Assembly (NCBI RefSeq): GCF_009914755.1
Contig: NC_060931.1
Origin: the human T2T-CHM13v2.0 reference genome, Homo sapiens
Direction: 5' to 3' (one strand)
Length of the DNA: 64,000 nucleotides
Part shown: one piece after another, positions 39,421-53,130 of the stretch
Numbering within the stretch: the stretch's first letter is position 1
Layout of the letters: the number at the start of each line of letters is the position of its first letter
Program-made: the position numbers and the translations under genes
Notes under the pieces: model-generated
The model's input: only the letters and a program-made list of their open reading frames with translations
Told to the model about the DNA's origin: nothing
Databases searched by the model: none

Positions 39421-42400
39421 TCCAGTTCTTGGCTTGCACAATATGCTGCCTATGGAAAGTAGTAAAGAGTGACAATGGAAAAAATAACAAGCACTTGTTT
39501 TTTTTACTTCCAACATCTGGAGAAAACACATTTAAGGAAATGTTAACAAATAGGTACAGGGATTGATAACATTAAAAAATATATATACTTCCTTATAGAG
39601 GGAAAAACAATCAGAATAGATAGAATCTTTTAGATCAATTTTACACAAAGAATACCAAAAAATTTAACAACAAAAATGATCTCATTCAAGAGGATTCAGT
39701 TCACATCCTTTCCTAGGGTCAACCAAATGACTAATGTCAAATCCCCAAAGCACATAGGTACAAAAATCTTTTCTCCAAAAAGAACAAAGACATAGAATTT
39801 CAATTTCGAAAAATTTCCTATTTTCTACTTTTCAATAAAGTTTTACTGTTACATTTAACTTCCCGGCAGCACAGTAGAGAAGTAAACACATTCTCATGTA
39901 GAATATGAAACTTAAAAATAAAAAAGAAAAATTCAAGAAGCAATTCAATGCAGAGATAAATATTAGAACGAACAATGCAGCAAGAGTTTTATTGGAAAAA
40001 AAAGCACAAATGTGAATGTACTCTGTTCTTACACACCGAAATAACTTAAAGACAAAATATGCTTCAAGGGAAAATAAATCATAATGAATACCTACTACTG
40101 TATTACCAAAAGAGTGGTGGATACATTTCAGCCCAGTTTTTCTACTTTCATTTACTCACATTTTTATACCTTAAAGTAAGCATTGGTAAATATTCCACAC
40201 GGGCCTAAGTTTTTTCCTTTTTTAACTCAGTTTTACACTCTCAGTATAGGCTAATTTATAAAGTCATTGCATCAAAATTTGAAGACACGAAGTACCAAAT
40301 ATAGTTTTTTTTCCTGGAATTTCTCAGTGTTCAGATGAGAAAAAAATCCAAGCCAGTATTTGGAAATAAATAAAAAATCTTGATAAAATACTTTAAGAAA
40401 CATATCAAAAATTGAAAAATCAGGTTTGTAGAAAGTTTTAAAGTTTTAGAAAATAAATGGATTGTTCCCAGGTGCATGGGGATGTGGCCAGTGCTTATGG
40501 CCACGTAAGTGCTCTTGATGGAGTATGGGGGAGATACTTCCTGAGGTGACATTAATTTTCTTCTTGTATCCAGTCATCTTGGTGTCATGTTTGAGGTCAA
40601 GAATAGAGTTAACATCTCAGAAACTTCATTTCATTTTAATCTTGCAAAAGCAAAGGCAGTGCCATCAACAGGATCAAATACTTCCATATAATACCAGAAG
40701 AGCAAATTGTTAATTTACAATAACAAATAATTATTGTAAAAAGCAAGTTGCTCTCATCCACACAGCCAGCCTCTTCCTTACCTGCAGTCAAGTCACAAAG
40801 GAAACCAAATTATATTTCAACCAGTTTATTATTTTGCTGTGAGAACTTACTGTCCATGATGAGAATGGTCCAAATTCTATGACCCACATGATTTCTCCAT
40901 GAGGGTACATATTCTTTCTTTAAACAACTTAATACATTGAAGAATGTTACAGTCCAGATAGGAGGGTCTGGGATCCATTTTGACTTTTTAAGGAAAATGT
41001 AAATATGTTAGATGATGTAGAATTCTAAAGCAAAAGTATCAGCAAACAATTTTATCCTTCATTGTTTACATTTTCTCAGGTGTTTTTTGTTTTACTTAAT
41101 TGCTAAGTATTGACAGCAGAGTTTACTATATATATTGACTTTTTTCAATGACTGTTCAAGAGAAATGGTTATTGTGACAAACTCCAAATTAATGGAAGGA
41201 AGCCTCCATTTTGGAGGCTTGAAATTTATTACGGGATGTCTAAACTCAGTTAACCACATTAAACTGCCAATCTGGTTAATCTACAAAACTCTAGGTAAGA
41301 AAATTACCTCTATTTTTCTGGTAAGAAAATTCAACTTAGATAAGATTTTCTAGTCATTCGCCTGGTAAAGACAGAGAAGGCATTTGAATTAGACCTCTCT
41401 GACTGCTCAGTACGACCACCTGACTCTTCTCTATGTTGATTTATATTTCACTAAATAAAAATAATGCCTCCTAAATTAGAGATAAATAGAGAATAGGAAC
41501 TATGGCATATGACTTACACATTCCCAGAAACTAGCACAGTGAAACAAATATCAAACACCCAGTATTTTCTGAAAGAAAGAAAGAAAAAATAAATGAATGA
41601 ATGAATGGTATAAACTCAACAACATGTTCAACTGCTGCTTTGGAAAGCTGTAGGCTGAATATCAAATAAACTGACTTGTATTTCATTAAGCTGTTTCTTT
41701 TAAATTTATACTGATCATTTAAAATATATACACTTGTACTATTAAAATTCATACTCACAACTTCGGAATTTTCTTTTTATTTAGCTCTTTTTTCTTTGAA
41801 TTGTCAAATGGAAGGGAAAAGGGTTTCATATCTACACAATAAAAAAATATATAATCAGAGAAAAATACATTGGTCCACACATATAAATTCCTTTTTGAAC
41901 CCTATTCAACATTGCCCCCTCTCCCAATATTTGGTTTGTTACTTTAATATAATTTATAATCACCCAATTGTTCTTTTTATTCTGAAGGAGAACATAGTGA
42001 TCTGTGGATGCTGGTAAATTACTTAAGTGAATCTAACATCTTTCAAGTTGAAATAACCTCTTTGATCCCAGAGATGCCTGAAAGGCCCATTCTTAGACAT
42101 CATAGGAAATATTGCTGCGAAGCCTTAAGAAAATCAAGAATTATAAGAAAATTCAGGTTTAAAAAAAAAACAATATCACCAGTACCACCATAGTATGAAT
42201 TATTCGTTAGCAACAAAATGTAATTTATTAACACTTAGGCATAAAGAGACAGCAGCAGCTAATTAGCATTGTTTCCTGTCCCACACTCTATGGATTCTAC
42301 AAATTGATTTGTGAATTCTAGCCTCTGATCAAAGATGTATCTGTGGGCCATATGTTTATTTAGTCAGCAATCAATTAAAATATGTATTTTTAAAAAAATT

Positions 42401-42835
42401 TATTTAGCAAATATTATTGATCACACACTCTAGACTAGCCCTGAGTAGAAGAAATACAATAAATATGGTTGACATGGATATATTGAAATGTGTGTTTCTC
42501 TAAAGAAACAACTCTTAAATAGAAATAATTACTGTATATTATACATTTTTCTTTTAAAAGTGTATATAACTTAAATTTCCAAGATTGAATTAGAATGGCT
42601 AAAATATAGCCCTATAATTGATTGGAAAAGTTTTAACCATCATATCTTTCTATTAGAGTTTACAAAGAGTGGTGATCAAATTCATACATTTATGGTTAAA
42701 TAGATCTTTCATGATTTTTGTTTTTATCCTGTTTAATAAGGTCAAGAATGATGTACTGCATACTATTATTTCTCTTATGCCTAATTTTATCTTTTGTGGC
42801 CAATTATCAACACTCAAATATTTAAGAATTCAACT

Positions 42836-43197
<362 letters not shown>

Positions 43198-44439
43198 TCA
43201 ACAAATACGCTTTTTGGCCACAGAACCCATTGTTACATGCTATTAAAAGAGTTAAGTAAAAGAAGGGGATGTGGTATGCTCCCTTCTTTTATTCAGGAGG
43301 GTGTCAATGCCAGCAACCTTCTTTAGGTGGTTTGAGACCACTTGGCTTTCAAAGGGAAACTTGAGGTGAATTAACTGAAGTAGTTAAATTTTTGCACACA
43401 AATCAAGTAGCCAGGAACTCCAAGAGAGAGACAGGTAATCATCACGGTATGTGGAGGAACTCTTTTCATTACAGGAGTTCAACAGGTAACAGCAGAAGAT
43501 ACTTTTGATACCAGGGAAGCATAAAGCAGAGAAAGTTGAGAACCTAAGTAGCAGGATTCACCCACTTTGAGATTCACAGCATGGGCTTCTGAGCACATGT
43601 GTTTGGTAAAAGGTAGCAGCAAGTAGTTTGTGGAGGGAAAAAAAAAAGAGTGAAATTAGGTATTAATAAAAGCAGTCATTAAAAGCTTTTAAAAAGTAGA
43701 GATGCCAGGTTTTCATTTTGTAATGCTCAGTTCTGGAAAGATCTTTGTAGAAAAACAATTTCTACATTCACAGGGAACATGAAGATGGAAGGGAGATATA
43801 ATTGGGTATGGTGATTTCCACTGCTGCCAACCCAGATCCATCTTATCATCTCAGCAGTGGTTTTATCCTGGCCAGACAGGAGATCAAGAAGTAGTACCGT
43901 AGAGGCAAGTAGAGAGCAAATGACAACTTCCCCCCGCAATAATAGCATTCTAATTTTTTTTTTAATTCTAAAGCAGAGGAGTTGAAACTGGAAGACTATC
44001 ATCTATTGTGGTAGTGGTAGATTTCTCCAAAATATGGCACTCATATTTTATCTGTTTTAATTAATGATCAACTTAATATTTGCAATGTTTGGACTATTGC
44101 AAAATAAGTTAGACTGTACGTATATGTCACAATTTACATAATTGGTTTCACATGCAATTTGTATTTCATACATTATAACATGTGAACAAATAGTTTCTTC
44201 CCCCATGCAGGAGTATTGGATTATAACTTTGTTACCTGGAAGGCGGCAGGTGTCTTGGTTGATGGTGGTGGTAAGTTTATGATTACAATTATGGAGTAAC
44301 ATGGAAGAGAGACAATGTGAGTACTATGAGAAGGTAATTTTCACATTTGCCTAGTGAAAGCCAAGGGGACTACAAAATTTGTGACAAATGAAAATAGTAA
44401 TATTGAATGCAGTAACTTCTGAAGATGTGAATTTAACAG

Positions 44440-44640
44440 TGACCACTCTGTGCTCTTTCCCACTGTTTCTTTATGTACTTACATGGTTATCTCATTTGAT
44501 CCTCATACGCATTCTATATTTACTCCATTTCAGATAAGGCTGAGGCAATATGACCAAGTAGAAGTGGGGGAAATAAGGCTGGGATGGGGGCTCTAAGAGT
44601 CTGTGTAAGGCTTACCAAGCATGCTCTGGATAAACACATT
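44440..44640 (-). mobile_element. MIR fragment
   Basis: tatctcatttgatcctcat...ccatttcagataaggctgaggc. Confidence 0.55.
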
Positions 44641-45449
44641 CACCAACAGAGACCGAGGATGACTTCCCTGAATGTCATTGTTTTCCTAAAAGACCTTTCA
44701 GCAGGAATTGCACTCAAAAATAAATTGGGACATAGTAATTTGATGCTCCTGTATTGCTGTCTACTCATTGTCTCTCTTTTAAATAAGAACACATTGCACA
44801 TCCATTTCTCAATAGCATCAATGAATACAACTATCTAATTTAAGCTTCATTCAGGAAATAAATAGCAGGTTCTAATATGGGCTCCAGAGGCGTAAATACA
44901 TGTGTATACATACCAGCATGAATGTACATAAGTGCATTTGCTCTGCCCGGTCACAGCAATTACTACAAAAGCTTCAGTAACTTCATTTTGGCAACAGAAT
45001 GACAGATCTGCACACCAAATGTTATCCTTAAGTGTGTTTTTCTCTTAGATCATTAGGTTTCCTTTTTTTCTGTGCTTAACAGATGTGTGGAAATTAAATG
45101 GATCTGGAGTCATTAATATTTTATGAATATGAAAAGCACTGTCCTTTGAGTAAAACCATTATCCAGTTAATTGATCTAAATAAAATATTTCCCTGCATTA
45201 AAAAGAATTTCTGTGCTCTAACTCCATTTCTTATCCTCTTTGCTTCTGGAAACATAAACAAACAAACAAACAAACAAACAAACAAAAACTACCAGGCTGT
45301 GGAATGGAATAAATCCCTTACTTTTGCATTCTTCCTCACTTGCCTGTTAAACTCAATCATGTCCTTTAGAAACAGCAGTGAGTGTCATGAAAGTCCCCTG
45401 GCCCCGAAACTGTAAATAACGCTAAAGCATGTGCTATGTCATCACACAG

Positions 45450-45620
45450 GAATCACTGTAAGGAATAACAGGAAGGGACTTCAAAGATTATCTGGTTTAA
45501 TTCACCCACTTTATAGATGAGGAAACCAGGGTCTAGAGAGGGAAGTCCCCTGAACAAGGTCACATGTATAATTAGTGGGAGACCATGTTTGTTTATAATA
45601 ATACGATTCCACCTTCACTG
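45450..45620 (-). mobile_element. MIR fragment
   Basis: ccactttatagatgaggaaaccaggg...caaggtcaca. Confidence 0.7.
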
Positions 45621-46000
45621 TTCTCCAAACAGCTGGTGGCCCTACAACAGGGGGAAAAAAACAAAGTATAATACTGTTTCTGTATGAACAATGAATGAAT
45701 AAACATTCATTTATTCAATCAATTTAGTCAGTCAACATTTAACAAACAGGTACTGAGCCTTCCCTTAGGCAAGGCAGTGTGCTAAAAGTTGGGGACCCAG
45801 AGTTGGACATATTAGGTGGAATCCCAGCAGGAAAGAGCTGCTCTGTGTTTCCATAGGCAACAATCAGAATGAGCTGGTCCTTAACAAGCAAAGGCCATTG
45901 AGGATTCTTCATGGCCTATGGGCATGGCACCAAGATAATGTCTCCTGCTACATGCAGTGAAAAAAAATCAAAGGGTCCTACATTGATATTTTCAAAATCA

Positions 46001-46204
46001 GGCCGGGCACGGTGGCTCACACCTGTAATCCTAGCACTTAGGGAGGCTGAGGCAGGCGGATCACGAGGTCAGGAGATCGAGACCATCCTGGCTAACACGG
46101 TGAAACCCCATCTCTACTAAAAATACAAAAAAAAAAAAAAAAAAAAAAAAAATTAGCCGGGCGTGGTGGCAGGCGCCTGTAGTCCCAGCTACTCCGGAGG
46201 CTGA
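46001..46204 (+). mobile_element. 3'-truncated, tail-less AluY flanked by TSD
   Basis: Ends at ctactccggaggctga; TSD attttcaaaatca at 45988-46000 and 46208-46220; middle linker expanded to A26. Confidence 0.93.
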
Positions 46205-46375
46205 CTGATTTTCAAAATCAGTCACAGGTGCCACTGACGTTAGTAACACACTCGTGAAAGGCGGCATGTAAGTGAGAATGGAGCTTATGCTAGGACATTG
46301 ATTCGCATCCTTCACTGATTCTTGAATTGCAGTTTTCCTTATACTTCCTACTCTCTAAAAACATTACTTTAAAAA

Positions 46376-46377
46376 TT

Positions 46378-46428
<51 letters not shown>

Positions 46429-46714
46429 TTTTTGCAACAGAATCTCGCTCTGTCGCCCAGGCTGGAGTGCAGTGGCGTGATCTCGGCTCACTACAAGCTC
46501 CGCCCTTCCAGGTTTAAGCAATTCTCTGCCTCAGCCTCCGGAGTAGCTGGGATTACAGGCGCGTGCCACCACGCCCGGCTAATATTTTGTATTTTTAGCA
46601 GAGATGGGGTTTCACCATCTTGGCCAGGCTGGTCTTGAACTCCTGACCTCGTGATCCACACGCCTTGGCCTCCCAAAGTGCTGGGATTACAGGCGTGAAC
46701 CACCGTACCCGGCC
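46376..46714 (-). mobile_element. AluSg-like with (TTTA)n tail
   Basis: Full antisense dimer ending cccggcc at 46714. Confidence 0.94.
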
Positions 46715-47113
46715 AAAAATTTATTCTTTAGGTACAGGAATAAGGGTCAGGAGATTAGAGGACTTTTCCATCAGGTAGATATTCTCAAGGTGTTAAAAAA
46801 CAAAATAACCTTGCAGTTATTTAAGAATATCAGGTTAGATAAATGCCAGTGTTCCCTTTAGGTAACAATTATATTTCAGTAAATACTTTACAACATGTTT
46901 TTGTAGAAAGTATATATTTATTATTGAAGTATTTTTAAATAGAAACATATCCTATGAGTGAATATTTAGAATCAGAAATAAGCACCTAGGATATCCTTGT
47001 ATATACAGGTCATAAGAGACCACTGAAAAATAGTGAACCCGCAGAGACTTTTGACAAATCTCACAGGAAGGATCCAAAATCCTAACGCTAAAGTTAAAAA
47101 CTAATAGAAAATT

Positions 47114-47419
47114 GGCCGGGTGCGGTGGCTTATGCCTGCAATCCCAGCACTTTGGGAGGCTGAGGCGGGCAGATTCCTTGAGGTCAGTAGTTTGAGACCA
47201 GCCTGGCAAACATGGTGAAACTCTGTCTCTACCCAAAAAATACAAAAATTAGCTGGATATGGTGTGGGTGTCTGTACTCCCAGCTACTCGGGAGGTGAGA
47301 TAGGAGAATCTCTTGAACCTGGGAAGTGGAGGTTGCAGTGAGCTGAGATCCTGCCACTCCAGCCTGGGTGACAGAGGGAGATCATGTCTCAAAAAAAAAA
47401 GAAAGAAAGAAAAAGAAAA
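47114..47419 (+). mobile_element. AluS (Sx/Sz-like)
   Basis: Full dimer with A/GAAA tail. Confidence 0.93.
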
Positions 47420-49589
47420 TATGGTTAACTTCAAATAGGAAATTGCCTTACTCATGATACAACTAGTTCACTAACAAATAGAGAGACTTTGATTTCTAAT
47501 TCTAACAGTGTGTTGATTAAGAACCTTGACCCTGGGAAAGACAGATCCGGTTTGAAATACTGGCTCTGTCACAATAGTTTCAGTAAGATTCCGTAACATT
47601 GATGACTATTAAGATAAAGTAGTAGAGTATTATATTTTATTTTCTTATGTCCAAAAAATTTGAAAGTGAAAATTTTTTATTTAGTATTCCAAGCAACATT
47701 TCAGAAATGTGTACAGATCGTATCCCATATCTCCTTTAGTCCAGTAACACGCATATTTCACCAAACACTGCAAATCCCTTTTTGGTTATCTCACACTGAG
47801 ATCTTCTACAGCCGGTTGTTATCTCTTACGGACATTTAACCACAACCAGATTAAAAACTGAAGTTAAAGAAGTGACTGAAAACCAAAAAGGATTACTTAA
47901 TTGCCTATTTTATGTAAAAACAGGCCTTAGGCCCTAAAGAGGAAAGTGAGTCTGTTTCTTAACAGTTAATTACTGGGAGGATAGTTTCAGTGACCACTCC
48001 ACTGCCAGAAGAGTCAGCAAATTGGCAGCTTGTTCTCTCCTTCTCTCTTCTTGGTATTTCACCAAGATAAGGTGGTATGAGATCAGTTTCCCCCACTTTC
48101 TCCCTCCCTAGGCTTTCCATATTTCTTTAGAAATCAGGAACAGTTCCTTTCCTTTTTTCAATGCCAGTCCCCCACCCCGCTTAGAAATCAATGGAATTTG
48201 CCTTGGTTTAGGAAAGTTCCAAAATACTTCCTAGGCAGAATCATGGAAATTAAAGATGTGGAAGACCTCACTGGATCATCTAGTTCATCTATTTCCTATT
48301 AAAGAGTTTTCCAGATGGAAGATTTTTGTATGTTGGATGCCTCCTCTCATTTCTGCAGGGCCTGAAGTCAGATTTTGAGCATCCAAGTCTAATGTAGAGA
48401 GGTGAATAAGGCCTGCATTCAATAATTTCATAGACAGAAAAGTGCCTTATCCCAAAGGTGTTATCATATTACAACAGCTTTTGGATGGAAATAGGCGACA
48501 CCTCATCAGAACAGTTATGTGAGAGTGCTGGATGGTTCTCCAAGCACCATGGGCTTGACATTTCTTTTGCAGAGAGCAGTGTTTTGTTGCTGTGTCCTGA
48601 GCACAATGGAGCCCATTGGGAGCTCAGCTTTTTCTTTCCTTTTTTTTTTCTTTTTAAAAAAATTGCTCTAGGTTTCTACATATAGGAACTGCTGTTTTGG
48701 TGACTTTTCCAGAAGGCTTTTGGAAGAGGGAGTGTTGTCCAACGGTACATAGATAGAATTGCAGAAGGCCATAGGCCAGTAACAGACACTTGTTTTACTA
48801 GCAATTTATTTATGAATCTCCCCATTCATATATTTTCATCAGCATCACGCAATGCTTCCAAAAAATGATACGAGTTTCTTCCTTAGTGTTATATTCAAGA
48901 GCCATCTTAAGTGAGTGCCATTGTGTTTACCTGGTTATGGTCACACTGGGGTCAAGAACAACCTTCAGTTTTATCGCAATATAGAAACATACTTTAAAAT
49001 CAGGTGAGGTGGAATCCTGGCTGGCTTGTTGTATTAACTCTATAAATTTGTATAGATTATTTACCCTGAGTCTCAATGTACTCACTGAGGCAAAATGAAT
49101 GTTAAAATATCTAGCCCATGCTCAATGCAAAATGAATAATAGTTTCTTTTCTTCCCCTTTAAAATATGACAATTAATTTGAGAGCCTTAGAAGAATCCCG
49201 AGCATGGGAAATAAATATTATTTTTTCCCCTGTGTCACTTTACAAAAAAGACCAAATTAATTCTACATTTTTCTGGCAATAATGGTTTGCTTTTGAATGC
49301 ATAGCTCCTTGATATTTCTTTTTAAAAAAAGAGAGAGGAGATGAAAAGAAAACCTTACATCTAGTATACAGTTGATAAGAGCAATTGAAAGAATTTTAGA
49401 TACTGAGCTTACTAGATCCTTCAGTACTCCATTTGCCCTTCCACTAATAAATTAAAATTATGTCCTTTAAAAAATTATCTAATGCATAGGAATCATCAGA
49501 CGGTTCACACTCGGGGGGTCAAAATTATTAAGTTTCTTATTTACCAGTAGCAGGAAACAACTTGAACTAACAAGCACAAAGGGCAACAT

Positions 49590-49950
49590 ATAGGAATGAT
49601 TTTGAGAGTCTTTACTTAGAATCCTCTTCCCTCAGATACGTCTCAGTTTTTCTTGTTTTTCCTTAAAATTGTTATTCAAATGTAACTTTCTTAGTGAGTT
49701 CTTACATGACCTCTTTTAATAAAATTATAATCCCCTATAGATTCTCAACTCCTTTTACTTAACATATTGCATATTGACTTATTTATATTGTTTATTTTCC
49801 GTCTACTCTCACTAAATATAAGATCCATGAGGGCAGAGATTTTATACAATTTTAAGATTTATATATAGACCAATTGCTTTGGCCTCAGCAACTAAAACGA
49901 ATGACTGGCACACAATGAGCATTCAAATATTTGTTGAATAAATGATTGAA
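49590..49950 (+). mobile_element. L2 3' end
   Basis: taagatccatgagggcagagatttt...ctggcaca...aaatatttgttgaataaatga. Confidence 0.75.
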
Positions 49951-50639
49951 ATTGAATTTTATAAAATCTGAGAAAAAATAAATTTTGACTTCAGAAAGAA
50001 CCAGGGCCATGTCCTTTCAAAACAATACTCTTTAGATTTTTTCCCCTGGAGACCTACCATTAACATGGAAGCCCATTTTTATGGATAGAATGTGTCTAAA
50101 GTCCCGTTCGATGTTCATTCTCTGTTAGCATACCCAAACAGTTAGTTTGGAGGAAGATACAACTAACTTGCCTATCATCATCATTAAATAGCACCTCAAA
50201 CATTTCTGTGCTTAGATTCTGGAGCAGTGACCAACACTGAAATGCCTACTTACCATGTTCATATAAAGACATGAGGCGGTCTAGGTGTAATTCAGTGGGA
50301 GAAGTGTACCCTGTGTAGTGTACCCTGGTGACAATGTGCTGAAGTAGAAAAAAAAAATTCCTCTTTGAAAGAGTGAAGCTCCTATTCAATTTTGGCTGAG
50401 TGTTCTATTGGGTCAAAGCACATGTTGTTCAGAGCTTCTGATTTTAAAAAGAAGCTGCATATATGGATCTTTTTATAAAACCTCTCAATTTCAAAATTAT
50501 ATCAGCCACTTAAAATATTGTGTTAAAATATACTGCAAAGGTCATGCAAAGTATATCTAAAAGACTGGTGTGACTGACAGACCATATATTTATAATTTCT
50601 GGTCTAGCTTCCAATTCTAATTATCTGAGTAAATATGTG

Positions 50640-50874
50640 AGCCTCCTGTCCGCTCAGTGGCGGCATTAGATTCTCATAGGAGCACAAGCAATTGTGAACT
50701 GCACATGTGAGGGATCTAGGTTGCGTGCTCCTTAAGAGAATCTGACTAATGCCTGATGATCTGAGTCTGAGGTGGAACTGTTTCATGCTGAAACCATTGA
50801 TCCCCGTCACCATCTGTGAACAAAATGTCTTCCTCGAAATTAGTCCTTGGTGCCAAAAAGGCTGGGGACTGCTG
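50640..50874 (+). mobile_element. MER1 (MER1B-like) hAT element, 3' portion
   Basis: gcggcattagattctcatagga...ggatctaggttgcgtgctcc...ggtgccaaaaaggctggggactgctg. Confidence 0.88.
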
Positions 50875-51069
50875 TTCTAAGCCATCTTAACTTTATTTGT
50901 GACATTTATACAATTATTAACAAAATCAACTGCTTTTCAAACTAGATTTCTAATACATATATATTTTTTTAAGTTTTTCTTTCTATAGAATCCCCTTTGC
51001 TCTCTCGATTATTTTAGCATGCTCTTTAGGATTTTTCTAGTTCTTTATATCCGTGTCTTCCTTGAGTGC

Positions 51070-51310
51070 TAAGTAGCATAGATTAAAAAACACTGAATTT
51101 GCCTACAGAAAACCTAGATTCTATCCCTGGATTGATCTATCTCTTACTAGCTATGCAAGTTTGAAATAAGCTATTTAAACCACTTAGATCTATGCAATTC
51201 TACTTTTAAAATGAATATAACAGCCCTGTTCTTTTTTACCTGATGTGAAGTCACCTACATGAAAGAATTTGCAAACAATAAAAAGCTTTAAATGTTAAGT
51301 CTTATTCAAG
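51070..51310 (+). mobile_element. MIR fragment
   Basis: cagaaaacctagattcta...cttactagctatg...ttttaaaatgaat. Confidence 0.5.
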
Positions 51311-52444
51311 TGGAGGAGCACTGTGGCTTTACACAACAGCTGGGTCTCTCTGAATGCTTTATTTCTAATAAAATGCTTTATTGCCAATAACACTCTTTAT
51401 TTTCAATAACATTTAGAATGCATAATTGCATAGTTTTGTTGTTGCTGCCGTTACCATTGCAACAATATTCTAAGGCGTCTTCTAGACTCCGTGATTTTTT
51501 TCCTAGGTCATGATTTATAATTAAGAGTGTAGTAACTTACATATTTATTTGCCCCATCCTAACTTATCCTTTTTTCTCCCTTCACATCAACTTTCTATCT
51601 TATTTTTTTGTTGTTAACGATCTCCTTTCAGTCACACTGAATTTTACTTAGGAAATCATATTCAATCTTTTCTTATTATTTATTTTTATTTTAAGTCACT
51701 TCCTCTACTTTTACCTTCAAAAATCATATTCACACATCAATAGCTGCTCAAATAACATGGTTTTTATGAAGCTCCGATTCTTCCACTAAAATTTTTCTCA
51801 ATATTTTGAAACATCTATATAACTTTATAACTTTGAGGCTTAATGCATTTTGGGTAAAATTTGCATTCATGTTTCAAGATACAATGGCTCAGACTTGTTC
51901 ACTTGTGTAACCCTGCAGCTATTAAAATAGGACTCTGTATTATGTATAATAAGTACTCAAAATGAGTTGAATTAATGGGTCTTCTTTAACTCTGTTACCT
52001 TTATTTTCCTACATCAAAGTCAAATGTCATTATTCTTTATTTTCATTGCTTTCATTGGATTCTTGCCTGCTATGTCTACCAACTCGGTATTTCACTACAC
52101 AGAAGACCTTATAATAAGAGAGAAAAAACTTAAAATTTTTTTTTGTCTTTATTCTAAGCAATATATTTAACATATTGGTTGAGACTGTGTTCCAGCCTCA
52201 GTCCCTAGGGAACCTTGACACTAACACTTCTCTAAGTAGAGAAATGATCATTTATTCCTACACATTGCTTCCTGTCATTAAGCCATTTCCGCACTTAAAG
52301 ACAAAACACTTTCCATAATAACAAGGAAATTGGTTTTTTAAAATTGTTGTTTGACCACCTATAGGATATACACTTTCAATCTCTTTGAAAGTGGAAATAA
52401 AATTACCTTCTTTTTTGTCCATATCACCTCTGAGAAATCTAGAC

Positions 52445-53130
52445 TCGTTTATTCAATAAATCTGTACTGAGAACCTTCTATGTGCCAGGTACTGTAAGGG
52501 ACTCTAAAGATACATATAAGAAAAGCCCATTTTGCTTTCAAAAAGCTTTGCTGTCTGCAGTCTGCTAAGAGCTGTAATGAGGGTAGAGAGGCAAACCTCT
52601 AACTCTACCTTCATGGAGGTCTACGGAGATTTAACTGAGGTGAACATTTAAGTCGAGTCTTCAAAGACAACTCACTTGGTGCCCGAGGGACAGGAGGTGC
52701 ATTCTGAGAAAAAGGAAGAGCATATACTGAGGTATGAAGGCAGGCACCAGCATCATGATGTGGTGGAGGGCATGCAGGCTAGCAGGTGTTTCAGGAGAGG
52801 AGCTATGGAGGAAGATGAGATGGGAAGAGGCCCTACTGCAGAAGGCCTTCTGAGCTATGGTGGAGAGTTCCTACAGTCTGGCCAATTAAATATTTGCAGG
52901 CAGGGGTGGGTACAAATAAGAGATGTGCTAGAGAGTTTACTCTGATGGTGGAATAAAGAATATACTATGGAAGGCAAGGCTGGAGGCAGGCAGGAATGTT
53001 TGTAAGTTATCTGAAAAATCTAGTCCAATGCTCTGAACCATTAAAGAGCAGCAGCAGTAAGGAAAGGAAGGGACAAGATGTATTTTTAGAAGATTTAATA
53101 GGAATTTCCAATTGTGATTGAGTTAATTAA
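52445..53130 (-). mobile_element. L2 fragment
   Basis: ttattcaataaatctgtactgag...ctatgtgccaggtactgt...gagtttactctgatgg. Confidence 0.7.

Noticed and set aside
41200-41220. 9-bp hairpin aagcctcca-ttt-tggaggctt (similar short ones at 60121-36 and ~60917-36)
   Set aside because: Isolated 7-9 bp stems are expected occasionally in 64 kb, and there is no consensus to show they are derived; terminators do not apply to primate DNA.
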